Of a stretch of 64,000 nucleotides of DNA, positions 41,400 to 62,036 are shown piece after piece. The position numbers and the translations under genes are program-made. The notes under the pieces were generated by a model. The model ran no database searches and was not told the DNA's origin. It saw nothing but the letters and a program-made list of their open reading frames with translations. This DNA comes from the human T2T-CHM13v2.0 reference genome, Homo sapiens. How positions within the stretch are numbered: the first letter of the stretch is position 1; every line of letters starts with the position of its first letter. The stretch lies in the NCBI RefSeq assembly GCF_009914755.1, contig NC_060929.1; one strand, written 5' to 3'.

Positions 41400-41890
41400 A
41401 TGTATTTTTTATTTACATAGGTTTTTGGGGAACAGGTGGTGTTTGCTTACATGAGTAAGTTCTTTAGTGGAGATTCGTGAGATTTTGTGAACCCATTACC
41501 TGAGCAGTATGCACTGTACCCAATTTGTAGTCTTTTATCCCTCACCCCTCATCGCACTCCTTTCCCCAAGTCCCCAAAGTCCATTGTATCATTCTTATGC
41601 CTTTGCATCCTCATAGCTTAGCTCCTGCTTATGAGTGAGAATATCTGCTATTTGGTTTTCCATTCCTGAGTTAATTCACTAAGAATAATGGTCTCCAATT
41701 CCATCCAGGTTGCTGCAAATGCCATTATTTCATTTCTTTTTCTGGCTGAATAGTATTCCATGGTGTATATATACACCACTCATTGATTGATGGGCATTTG
41801 GGCTGGTTCCATATTTTTGAAATTGCGAATTGTGCTGCTATAAACATGCGTTTGCAAGTATCTTTTCATATAATGACTTCTTTTCCAACT
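41400..41890 (-). mobile_element. L1PB-like 3' end fragment
   Basis: TAGGTTTTTGGGGAACAGGTGGTGTTTG..TACATGAGTAAGTTCTTTAGTGG, characteristic of the L1PB 3' UTR on the minus strand. Confidence 0.75.
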
Positions 41891-42048
41891 AGTGAGAGGT
41901 AGGATTCCCAAGAATAATTGTTACCCTGTGACTTTATTGTAGAATCTTTATTGAAGACCTTTTCATGAAAAAAATCTACTGTATTGAAGTCTTATGTAAA
42001 CCATAAAGCTTAATGTTTTGAACCACCACTAATTTTAAGAACATTACC

Positions 42049-46199
<4,151 letters not shown>

Positions 46200-47460
46200 T
46201 AGTTTCAATCTTGATTTTCTTCTCAGTAGAACTTGCATAACTAATAATGTGGTTTTTGAAGTTGACTCTTCATTGCTTAAAATATCGACTAGCTTGTTAT
46301 GTCCTGTGAAGTATGTCTGAGTAGCTTGGACTTCTTGAATCACACATCTTTGAAATCTGATTAAAATACTTTTATAGTTGGGCATACACAATTTTACAGG
46401 TGGTTTCAGGAGTTACACAGATCCCTTTTAACTCCCCTCTACAAGGGTTTTACAGAGGTAAGTAAGACAGTATATAGGGATCACAGGGAATGCTTTAATT
46501 TTTTTCTCAGTGATAGTTTAAAGCATCATTTTATGCTGTTTTGGATGTCTCTCCTGTTCTTTTTTTAATGTTTTATTTTAAATAATCGTTCTTGCTATCA
46601 CATCTCTGCTCTCGAGATTTTTAATTTAGTGGTAGAGAAACACATGGAAAGAAATACTACTTTAAAAAGGTACAGATAGTATGCTGTGGGAATGTGGAAG
46701 AAGGATAAATTATGACTGGAGGGCTAAAGGAAGACTTCACATAATTGGTTTTTTGAAGAATGAAGTGAATTTTGATAAGACAAATAAGAAAGTAGGGAAT
46801 GCCATGCCAAAGGAATAGCATGTACAAAGATACAAAATATTAGCAGTTGACAGTGTGGAGTATTGGAGTTGTTTGGTGTGAATTAAAATGTTGGGTGTTT
46901 AGAATTACATAGTGAGAAACAAAGCTAAGAAGGTTAGTATGGGGAAATAGTATGGCGAGATGGGGAGGCCAGGAGGGGAGTGGTAGTCTTAGGTTTTTCC
47001 CTTATGTAGCCCCTTGTTTTAATTTTAAAAATGGAAAGGATATGATAAATATAAGAAATAGAAAAATAAAAAATAGAACAGTTAAACAGGACACGAGTGT
47101 AAGATTTTCAATAGCAGTGACTTTCACACAGGGCAGAGCGTAATAGCTGGCTCTATCAGGATGAGAATTCAACATATAGAAAACTATGGAGCAGAATTTT
47201 CCTGCTTGAAGGTCTCCAATATAATACCAACTAGTAGAAAGCTGTGTTTCACCGGTAGTAGATTTGTTTTTACCTTGGTATCATAATTTAAGAGTTTTTC
47301 TTTTAAGTTGCAGGTATATTAATTAATTTTAGGTTTCTGTGCTACTCTTTTCCCATCCTTGGAAGTCTCTTTACGCCAGAAATTCATTTAATTCTTAGTT
47401 TTTGATGATGACACACTTAATTTTATATGTTAAAGAGTTTAACTGTCCACCCTTTTTCAG

Positions 47461-47538
47461 ATGCTGGTGAGTGTAATAAGCGAGATAATACATCCACAAT
47501 GGGTGGTTTTGGAGTTGGAAAGAGTTTTGGAAACAGAG
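47461..47538 (+). CDS. DDX4: DDX4 exon 5: (D)AGECNKRDNTSTMGGFGVGKSFGNR
   Basis: CTTTTTCAG acceptor, GAG|GTAATT donor, 78 nt, phase 1-1. Also visible within ORF 47427..47609. Confidence 0.96.
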
Positions 47539-48299
47539 GTAATTACTTGGTTATGATATCTTACAATCAAAACTTGAGTGATTTTTTAATAATTGAGTTT
47601 AAATACTGATTGACAGACATTCCATATTGACATTTAATTTCAAGGTATATATTCTGTGAGTGCCTTTGCACTAAAGATTATCTTATTAAAACTTATTAAA
47701 AACATTTTTTAATTTTATGAAAGATTACTGATGAATGCTTTTAAAATTAATTCTAGAGACATGTCTGTATGCTTCAGAGATGCATAACTCTTAGACATAG
47801 GTTTTTAGGAAATAAGTTTGAAAGCAAAACTTGACGACTTTTTAAAAAAGAGTAAACAAAAAGAAGCTAACAAGATTTTCATGTTATTGAGGAGAAAATC
47901 ATTGAGTTATTGGGTTATAATTTAGTTGTATTGTCCTTAGCAGATGAAGAGATTGAGTTTGTAAAATTTTGAGAATTTTGATGGTTTTAAATAGAAAACA
48001 TATAGTGGTTACACTGACATATTCCTCTGTTTTGCCCATGTGCATACAGAGGAGTATATGACAATTGAGGTAATACAGAATTGGCTGAAAAGAAAGTTGT
48101 TTTTAACCTTAAGAGAATGGAGTTGATAAACTGACACAAAGCAGAAATTGTTGTACAGCCTGAGTGAATTTGCATGTGATAGCTATGTATACAATTGTGT
48201 ATCGCTTATCTTAGAAGGCATCATAACTAGTAGTTCCTGTGTGGTTATCATTTTTACCACAGAGGTACAGGAAATTGTTTCATTTTATATTTTGTATAG

Positions 48300-48350
48300 G
48301 TTTTTCAAACAGCAGGTTTGAAGATGGTGATAGCTCTGGTTTCTGGAGAG
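48300..48350 (+). CDS. DDX4: DDX4 exon 6: (G)FSNSRFEDGDSSGFWR
   Basis: TTTGTATAG acceptor, GAG|GTAAGG donor, 51 nt, phase 1-1. Confidence 0.96.
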
Positions 48351-49681
48351 GTAAGGTTGATATTTTTGTGTTTTAAAATTTAATGTCAAGAGTACATGCT
48401 AAAAAAGAGAAATTAAGATTAAGTCTCTTAGTCCGGGCCAATTCTAACTTATTTAAACCAGATTTTATGAAGTAGCTATATCCAAAGCCTTAACCAAGGA
48501 TATTACTGCTTTGTACATAAAGAATTCAGGCATCCTAATTTGGCCTGTTGCCATCTGCCTTAATCCATGAGGTACAACTTTTGAATGCTCTGAAACTTAA
48601 GAAAATGGGGATAGATAATAAAAAGAAGTAGTCAAGAAGTGAAACTTCACTCTCTATATAAATACAGTTTGTGATGTATAGGGTCACATTTAGATTCAAA
48701 TAAATCTAAGAAAAAGTTTCATGAGAATGTAAATCAGTGCTGAAATTAAAGACAATTCCATTGAAGGTACTGACACTCTACAGGAATACAGAGAATGATG
48801 AGAATGATGAAAATAATGATACCAGAAGATGGACTACGATAAACCAGTGCATTCCCAAATCTGATTGAGTCGATTTGGGTGAGGTCTTAGAACCTGTATT
48901 TAAAAGCATCCATGGTGATCCTGATACCTCCTGTGTTTGGTAATCATTGATGTATGAAATCTTTATAACATAGAACACTTTAGGGTGCCAAACTTGGCTT
49001 CATGTCTCTGCCTTGCTACCTGCTAGTTGAAGTAGAACAAGTTGCTTAATTTTTCTAAGCCAGTTTTCTGTTCCATAGAATGGAAGGTATTCATTTTATA
49101 GGTGGTTAGGCAGGCTAAGTGAGAATGCGTGTAAAAGCACACAGCTGAATACCAGACACATTCATGACAAACACTCAGATGTCATCCATCTATCTTCATT
49201 AAATATTTGAAGCTGATCTTATTAAACACTTTGATTCCCAAAGTCAAAACCAAGCCTAGACCTGATCACCTTAAAACACTTTTGGTATAAGGCCGGATTT
49301 TAATTATCAAATGAGACTGTTTCTCCAAACTATTGCCAGTCTCTTTCTCCCTACTTCTCTTTTTTTCTCCTATCCCGTTCAAATGAAAACATATATGATG
49401 TAGAACTAGTATTTGTGAGAGAAGAAAAATACCATCATTTTTATTCTTTTCCATTTCTATGTGTTTCTGTTCTGATCTCTTTTAACTCATTTAATATTCA
49501 AGATCATTTCTACTTATACACAGACCTTTCTACCTACTTGACCCCTTTGTAGAGATGGTGGGCCAGGGAGCTTTTGAATACAAATTCCAGTTTCTCATGG
49601 CACTTGAGAGAACTTCTCTCCGAAGTGGCCTGCTTGCTTTGTTTTGATCTACTTTCTTCTTTTTTCGTTTTTAGTTCCCCT

Positions 49682-49682
49682 A

Positions 49683-49722
<40 letters not shown>

Positions 49723-49723
49723 T
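49682..49723. repeat. (A)n(TA)n microsatellite
   Basis: A-run followed by ~11 TA units. Confidence 0.9.
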
Positions 49724-51215
49724 GGATTGAATTCATTCATTGTCTCAGTTGTTAGCAAGCCCAAGTTCTGAGCTCACGGTAGAAGCTTTTTACTCTGGAC
49801 ACAAATGGATAGTATGTTTTTAAATTTTTTTCCCCTGTCATCTACTTTGCTTAAGCTGGTATATTGTAGTGATAAGGAACTCAGATACTGGATTTGAACA
49901 CGTAGGTGTGAGACTCAGATCCTCCTCCTGGCAATTGTATTATCTTGAAAAAGCCTGTAACTTTCTGCTTTTCATTTTCTCTATTTGTATAATGATGACT
50001 ATATCTACTTCACAAGGTTTTTGTGAAACTTTAGACTAAAGTTAATACATGTGATACATTTAGAACACGGCCAGGTACATACTTTATGTGTTGTTATTAT
50101 TATTTTTCGAGACGGAGTCTCGCACTGTCACCTGGCCTGGAGTGCAGTGGTACAGTCTTGGCTCACTGCAACCTCTGCGTCCAGGGTTCAAGTGATTCTC
50201 CTGCCTCAGCCTCCTGAGTAGCTGGGATTACAGGGGCCCGCCATCACGCCCGACTAATTTTTTTTTTTTTTTTTTTGTATTTTTAGTAGAGACGGGGTTT
50301 CGTCACGTTGGCCAGGCTGGTCTCAAACTCCTGACCTCACGATCTGCCTGCCTCGGCCTCCCACAGTGCTAGGATTACAGGCATGAGCCACTGCGCCAGG
50401 CCATATGTTATTTTTGTATAATTAATAGGTTGTAACTAATCTTGGTATCATTATCTCATTTTTGTTTGTGCTTAGCTTTATTTCCTAACTGTATAGAGAT
50501 CACTTATTTTTTAAAGTAATTTTTTATTTTGAAATAGTTTTATTCATAAGAAGTTGCAAAAATAGTACAGAGGTTTTTCATGTACCCATCACCCAACTTC
50601 TCTTAATGTTTTCTATTTTTATTCCCACTGTGATCAAAATAACTGTAGGTTTATTTTAGGGAAATAATTGGCCAAAGATATTGTGAGACTCTTTCCCTTG
50701 CCAGGTCCCAGATTAGTAGTTTTGTTTTTTTTTTTTTTTTCTCGAAAGCAGTAAATATTAGTTATCATCATTGTTATTCCAGGGCCAACTTTTCAAAACT
50801 TATTTCTTTCCTGCCCTTCTACATTGTATTAAGTCCTGCCTTCCAGAAAGTTGTCTTGTTAATGGCTCTTCAGGATTGTTTGTCAGTTGTCAGCTGCAGC
50901 TGAAATAGGAGACTGCAACAAGAGCTTTGGGTCACTGTTTATTGTAGAACATTATTAGTTGTTAAATGGATTGGGACTTTCACACAGGAACTTAGCTAAT
51001 AACCTGCAAGCTGTTTGGTCACTTGCTGTCATTATTTTGACTTAATGTTCCCAGATATTAAATATTAATGATATGTACAAAGATCCCTTGAAACCATCTT
51101 TGTATTCCCAAATGTGACTTTTTTTGGAATCTTCTGGAAAGCCTGATGTCATAGTAATAACATAGAACTTTTACATTTCGAAAAATCATTCCTTTCAGAA
51201 TAAACATTTCTGGGA

Positions 51216-51252
51216 ATGGGGTCTAGGAATTTATTTTTAACCAACTCTCCAG
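51216..51252 (+). CDS. DDX4: Candidate alternative first coding exon of DDX4 (MGSRNLFLTNSP), in frame with exon 7
   Basis: ATG at 51216, 37 nt to the CAG|GTAGTT donor; phase 1 matches the exon 7 acceptor. Matches my recollection of a short DDX4 isoform N-terminus (not verified). Confidence 0.6.
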
Positions 51253-51403
51253 GTAGTTTTCAGGCAGCCTTCAGTATAGTAATCTCTCATACTACTATTT
51301 TAAAACTCTGGGAATGTTACTTACTAATATCAAAAATGGAGAAGCTAGGATATCCCCAAATTATTTCATTAGCATGAATGGGGGAAAGTTTGCATATATT
51401 TAA

Positions 51404-51508
<105 letters not shown>

Positions 51509-52166
51509 TGAGGTTCAGGAATTCAAGACCAGCCTGGCCAACATGGCAAAACCGCATCTCTCCTAAAAATACAAAAATTAGCCAGGCATGGTGGCGCATG
51601 CCTGTAATCCCAGCTACTCGGTAGGCTGAGGTGGGGATAATCGCTTGAACCCGGGAGGCGGAGGTTGCAGTGAGCAGAGGTTGTGCCAGTGCACTCCAGC
51701 CTGGGCAATACAGCTTGACTCCATCTCCAAAAATAAAGTAAATTACAGAAAAGATATGACATTATAAATAGAAGAGTCTAGTGGTCTATGGACCTTATGT
51801 GAGAACCACTTGATTACTTAATAGCTTAGATGTTCCTGAAATCATTTTTGGTCAAACTGAAATTTATGAAATTCTTATTTTTTGTTTTGTTTTGCTTTGC
51901 GTAGTATAATGCTTGGCAAATAGTAGGTTCTCAATTTCATATAATAAACATTTAATATTTAGATACATGAGATGATTTGTATAGGGAATCGACTCTGAGT
52001 AATGTCTTTATATATCTGTTAAAATTATTTGAAGAAATATGTTTATATTTTAACTTATGAAAATATTTTGTCTTCTTACTAATTTATCTTGTGACAGTGC
52101 TATTCTTTATATATTGCATCATTTAAGTTAATTAAATGCTATTTACATGTTAAATTTTTATTGAAG

Positions 52167-52226
52167 AGTCTAGTAATGACTGCGAAGATAATCCAACACG
52201 GAACAGAGGGTTTTCCAAGAGAGGCG
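52167..52226 (+). CDS. DDX4: DDX4 exon 7: (E)SSNDCEDNPTRNRGFSKRG(G)
   Basis: TTGAAG acceptor, GCG|GTAAGG donor, 60 nt, phase 1-1. The next exon was not found in the window. Confidence 0.95.
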
Positions 52227-52411
52227 GTAAGGACCACATTTTGGAACAATTTGTACTTAACACAGAGACACTAAACTGGTAAAACTGATTTTGAAGGAGC
52301 TGGATGAAAAACACTGATCGTGAAAACCTTTGAAGAAAAATACTTTGGTATATGTTTTCTGCTTTTAATATTTGAGTGAGTATTCAGTGGGTGCCCCTCC
52401 TTTCACTCTTT

Positions 52412-54146
52412 TATTTTATTTTTTTAAGTTTTTGGTTCAGGGGTTCATGTGTAGGTTTGTTATCTAGGTAAATTGCATGCCATGGGGTTTTGGTGTACAG
52501 ATTATTTTGTCACCCAGATAATAAGCATAGTCCCTGATAGGTAGTTTTTTGATCCTGTACCTCCTCCCACTTTCTACCCTAAAGTAGGCCCCAGTGTCTG
52601 TTGTTCCCTTCTTTGTGTCCATGTGTTCTCAGTGTTTAGCTCCCACTTATAAGTGAGAACATTCAGTATTTGGCTTTCTGTTCCTGCATTAGTTTGCTTA
52701 GAATAATGGAGCTCCATTCATGTTCCTGCAAAGGACTTTATGTCATTCTTTTTTATGGCTGCCTAGTATTCCATGGCGCATATATACCACATTACCTTTG
52801 TCCAGTCTACTGTTGGTGGGCATTTAGGTTGATTTCTGTGTTTTTGCTATTGTGAATAGTGCTGTGGTGAACATATGTGTACATGTGACTTTATGGTAGA
52901 ATTATTTATATTCCTTTGGGTATATACCTAATTATGGGATTGCTGGATCGAATGGTAGTTCTGTTTTACGTTCTTTGAGAAATCGCCACACTGTTTTCCA
53001 CAATGGCTGAACTAATTTACACTCCCACCAGCAGTGTATAGGCATTCCCTTTTCTCTGCAAGCTTGCCAGCATCTGTTATTTTTTGATTTTTTAATAATA
53101 ACCATTCTGACTGGTGTGAGATGGTATCTCATTGTGGTTTTGATTTGCATTTCTCTAACGATTAGTGATGCTGAGCATTTTTTCATCTGCCTGTTGGCTG
53201 TATATTGTCTTTTGAAACGTGCCCATGTCCATTGTCCACTTTTTAACGGAGTTGTTTGTTTTTCTGCTTGTACATTTAATTTCCTTATAGATTCTGGATA
53301 TTAGGCCTTCGTCGGATGCATAGTTTGCAAATATTTTCTCCCATTCTGTAGGTTGTCTGTTTACTCTGCTGATAGTTTCTTTCGTTGTGCAGAAGCTTGT
53401 TCATTTAATTAGGTCCCATTTGTCAATTTTTGTTTCTGTTGCGGTGGCTTTTGGCATCTTCATCACAGAATCTTCCAGGGCCTGTGTCTAGAATGGTATT
53501 TTGTAGGTTATCTCCAGGGTTTTTATAGTTTTAGGTTTTACATGTTATTCTTTAATCCGTCTGGAGTTGATTTTTGTATGCGGTCTAAGGAAGGGGTCCA
53601 GTTTCAATCTTCTGCATATGGCTAGCCAGTTATCCTAGCGCCATTTATTGAATAAGGAATCCTTTCCTTATTGCTTGTTGTTGTCAACCCTGGCAAAAAT
53701 CAGATGGTTGTAGGTGTGTGGAATTCCTATTTGCAGATGGTATGATTTTATACCTAGAAAACCCTATAATCTCTGCCCCAAAGTTCCTTGATCTGATAAA
53801 TTACTTCAGCAGAATTTCAGGATACAAAATCAATGTACAAAAATCAGTGGCATTCCTATCCACTATATTGTTAAAATGGCCATACTGCCCAAAGCTATTT
53901 ACAGATCCAATCTACCAATAACATTCTTCACAGAATTAGAAAAAAACAATTTTAAAATTCATATGGAACCAAAAAAGAGCATGAATAGGCAAGACAATCC
54001 CAAGCACAAAGAACAAAGCTGGAAAGCGTCACATTACCTGAGTTCAAACTATACTACAAGGCTGTAATAACCAAAACAGCGTGGTACTGGTCCAAAACCA
54101 GATACCTAGACCAGTGGAACAGAATAGAGAGCACAAAAATAATGCC
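52412..54146 (-). mobile_element. L1PA with 5' inversion: minus-strand 3' part 52412-53721, plus-strand inverted ORF2 part ~53725-54146
   Basis: ORF2 C-terminal peptide on minus (52932..53186) and RT peptide on plus ([13 protein letters not shown], 53718..). The junctions are contiguous in L1 coordinates (..GAAATAATGCC / CCACACACCTACAACC). Degenerate TSD CCTYCTTTYACTYTTT. Confidence 0.88.
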
Positions 54147-55399
54147 TTCTTTTACTTTTTTTTTTTTTTTGAGATGGAGTCTCACTCTGTCACCCAGGCT
54201 GGAGTGCAGTGGTGTGATCTTGGCTCACTGCAACCTCCACCTCCCAGGTTCAAGTGATTCTTGTGCCTTTACCCTCTCTAGTAGCTGGGACTACAGGCAT
54301 GTGCCAGCATGCCTGGCTAAGTTTTGTATTTTTAGTAGAGATGGAGTTTCACTATGTTGGCCAGGCTGGTCTGGAACTCCTGACCCTCAGGAGCTGTCAC
54401 CTCAGCCTCCCAAAGTGCTGGGATTACCGGCATGAGCCACTGTGCCTGTCCTTGTTTTACTTTCTAATGTCACTGGATCTGTTGGTTGTGGTTTTTTTTT
54501 CCCCCCTATGATCTCCAGAATGTGCTATCAATTACAGAAGAGGGACAATGTGAATCTTGGTCAGTTGCAATTTAGATGAACTGGGGATGTCTTTGTCTCT
54601 GAATAGAGTCATTGGAAATTTGAGGGGGGAAGAAATTGTAGATTATTTTTTGTTCAAGTCTAGCTGTATTTCACCATACTCTGGTAATTCAGCTTCTATT
54701 GAATTTGAGATGAGATTGTATCAAAAATTACCATGCTTAATTCTTGATTATATATGGGCAGTCATGTTAAAATAGCAATGACAACAAAACGTATGAAGAA
54801 TATAGTGAACTTACTATAAAATTGCTGAGGATGTGCAAATCTATGATAAGAGGTTTTATTGTTTGGAACTACATAGTAATCAGATACATCAGTGTTTTTA
54901 CCGCACCTTGGAGACATTCTTTTCCTTTGCCCATTAGGTAGGTAGCTGGCTGAATTAGGCCCTCCCTAGTGAAGGTAGGACTTGTGGATTTCATAATGAG
55001 GGAAGACTGTCTCCTTAATTACTTCTTATGATAATTGTGGAGAGGGGTGGTGGTGGGGAGAAAGTTAAGCTAAGAAAAAACAAGACTCATCTTTTACCAT
55101 ATTTTTTTTAACAAGCAATTTTTGGCACTTAATGTTCCTAAAACATAGCTCATATTTGAAATTTTTTTCTTCAGACCAGTGAATATCTTTTGTACTATTA
55201 ACATTTACTTTAAATCAATTTAATTCATATTTAAATGAGGCAGTCGAAACCATTTGCAGCTCTATGTGCTTGGTCCTGACTTACAGATTAGTGTAGGATA
55301 ATTAGCAGGGGCACAGCCATTTTGCAGGGTATCCCTGATTTCCATTCTCTGTAGATGTATACATTTGAGGATAGGAAGTTTGCATATAGGGGTCACTCA

Positions 55400-59650
<4,251 letters not shown>

Positions 59651-60108
59651 TACAAGTTGAGTTGCCGGGAGATGGAACTAGGTAAGTTAAAATGCTGCGA
59701 AATTTGCTGTTTAAAAGAAAAAATTCCCTGGGTTGCTTCAAGCCTTTTATTGATTTCTAGAGTTTGGAAAAAGTTAATTCTGACAGTTCTTGCCCATTTT
59801 TTTCCTTGCCTTTTTGGAGTAGTGGAATTTAGAGTTCCTTACTTGGCCATTTTTGCTGATATCAGTGATACATATCATTTTAGTGTTTTCATTTTATTCA
59901 TTAGTATGTAGAAATATAATAACTATCTGGTAAGTATTTTTTTAAAAAGTAATAAAAGATGTTCCATTTTCTTTTATACAAAGGTTAGAGGATTTATAAG
60001 GTAATTTCTTTCTGAAGATATTGTCACCAAACATCTTTAAGAGTTAGATTGTCAGCTGTCCCTTATGAAATGCAGACTATACCTTCTGGGAGGACTCAGG
60101 TTACTTTA

Positions 60109-60225
<117 letters not shown>

Positions 60226-60296
60226 TTAAAACCCCGTCTCTACTAAAAATACAAAAATTAACTGGGCGTGGTGGTGCAGCCCTGTAGTCCCAGCTA

Positions 60297-60443
<147 letters not shown>

Positions 60444-61754
60444 TTAGAAACTTACAGAAAAGAACAGAGTGATTAAAGGTAAAGATTAAACACAGATGAA
60501 GAGAATGAATTAATTCAAAGATAAATCTGTGGAAATTCTCTAAACTTGGAAATGGAAAACACGAGAGTGGTTAATAAATAAGGTATGGAAGATAGACTAA
60601 GACCTGTGGTTCAACATATGACTGTCTCCTGAGGAGTGGCCAGAAAATGGGAGGAGGACAGGAAAGAAGAATATTCAAAGAGAATAGATGAGACTTTTCC
60701 AGAGTTAGAGAGGCACAAGAGTCCTCAGCAAATAAAATTAAAAAATTCATACCCTTATGCATGTATTGAAATTATAGTATTACAAAGATTTTTTAAAACC
60801 TATAAAACTACTAGAGAAAAAAGGTAGATTCACCTTTAGAAGAACATTATATTCACAACAGAATTTTCTTCAGTAAAGGTAGATTTCAGAATGTAATAGC
60901 ATAGTATATTCAGAATGCTGAAGGAGAATAGCTCTGAATCCAAATAACTATATTCAGATAATTAGGTGCCAGGGAGAAATAATGCCATTCAGATAAAAAT
61001 GGTGTTTAATACTCTCATATTGTTGAGTAAGAACTACTAAATTGTATACAGTAGTAAGACAACTGATTGCAGGAAGAAAGGCATAGGAAACAAGAAGCAA
61101 TGAGGAGCGAAAAAAAAGATATGTAAAACAGGTAAACATATTGGTAAACTTAAATAAGTATTGACTATATAAACTAGCAATAATGACTATTAATTTAGGG
61201 GTTCCAGAAACAAAAGTGAATTAAAATACTAGCAAATGAAAAGACTGAAATTCTTGCCAGCTCAGTTGAAAGGAAAAATATTTCTTAATAAGTAAAATGA
61301 AGGGTAATCAGAGAAGGGATAAGATAAAATGTGTAACTTGCTGATGGAGGAAATCCAATAGAAGGACAGAGCTTTGTAGGAAGGAAGGTAGATTGAAAAT
61401 AGTTTATTTCCTAAATATTCGTGGTGAAAATTGGTAAAAATAAAATACATAGCTTTACCATTTGGGGAAAACAGGACAGAAAGGAGAACAAAAAGCATCG
61501 AAAAAACTCTGTAAAGAGAAAACACAAAGATTGTAGAAATAAAAGACCTATGTATCAGTAATCATAATATAGGTAAGCATATTTCAATATGGAGTTGAAA
61601 GTAAAGAGGTCAGGCATGGTGGCTCATGCTTGTAATCCTAGCATTTTGGCAGGCCAACATGGGAGGGATCTCTTGAGGCCAGGAATTCAAGGCCAGCCTG
61701 AGCAACTAAATCTTGTCTCTACAAAAAAAAATTTTTTTTTTAAATTAGAAAATA

Positions 61755-61871
61755 GGCTATGGCCATACCACCCTGAACGTGTCCGATCTCGTCTGATCTT
61801 GGAAGCTAAGCAGGGTTGGACCTGGTTAGTACTTGGATGGGAGACTGCCTAGGAATACTAGGTGCTGTAGG
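61755..61871 (+). pseudogene. 5S rRNA pseudogene (nearly full length, lacks the terminal CTTT)
   Basis: GGCCATACCACCCTGAACG...GATCTCGTCTGATC..GGAAGCTAAGCAGGG...TGGTTAGTACTTGGATGGGAGAC..GGTGCTGTAGG matches vertebrate 5S rRNA. Most differences are CpG transitions. Confidence 0.95.
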
Positions 61872-62036
61872 TGTCGGGGGAGGGCAGGTGGGGGAAGAGA
61901 GCATTAGGGAAAAGAGCTAACGCATGCTGGGCTTAATACCTAGGTGATGGGTTGACAGGTGCAGCAAACTACCATAGCACACGTTTACCTATGTAACAAA
62001 CCTGCACATCCTGCACACGTACCCTGAAACTTAAAA
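61872..62036 (+). mobile_element. L1PA (older primate subfamily) extreme 3' UTR fused to the 5S copy
   Basis: G-rich stretch, then CTTAATACCTAGGTGATGGGTTG..GGTGCAGCAAAC..ACCTATGTAACAAACCTGCACATCCTGCAC..GAAACTTAAAA, the L1PA 3' terminus. Confidence 0.88.

Noticed and set aside
48215-48264. AG...CAGAG|GTACAG segment just upstream of exon 6 as another module exon
   Set aside because: 50 nt (frame-breaking), peptide unlike the FG/RG modules, and it would leave only a 35-nt intron before exon 6.
61755-61871. Functional 5S rRNA gene
   Set aside because: About ten substitutions (mostly CpG decay), no terminator, solitary rather than in a tandem array, and fused to an L1 end.
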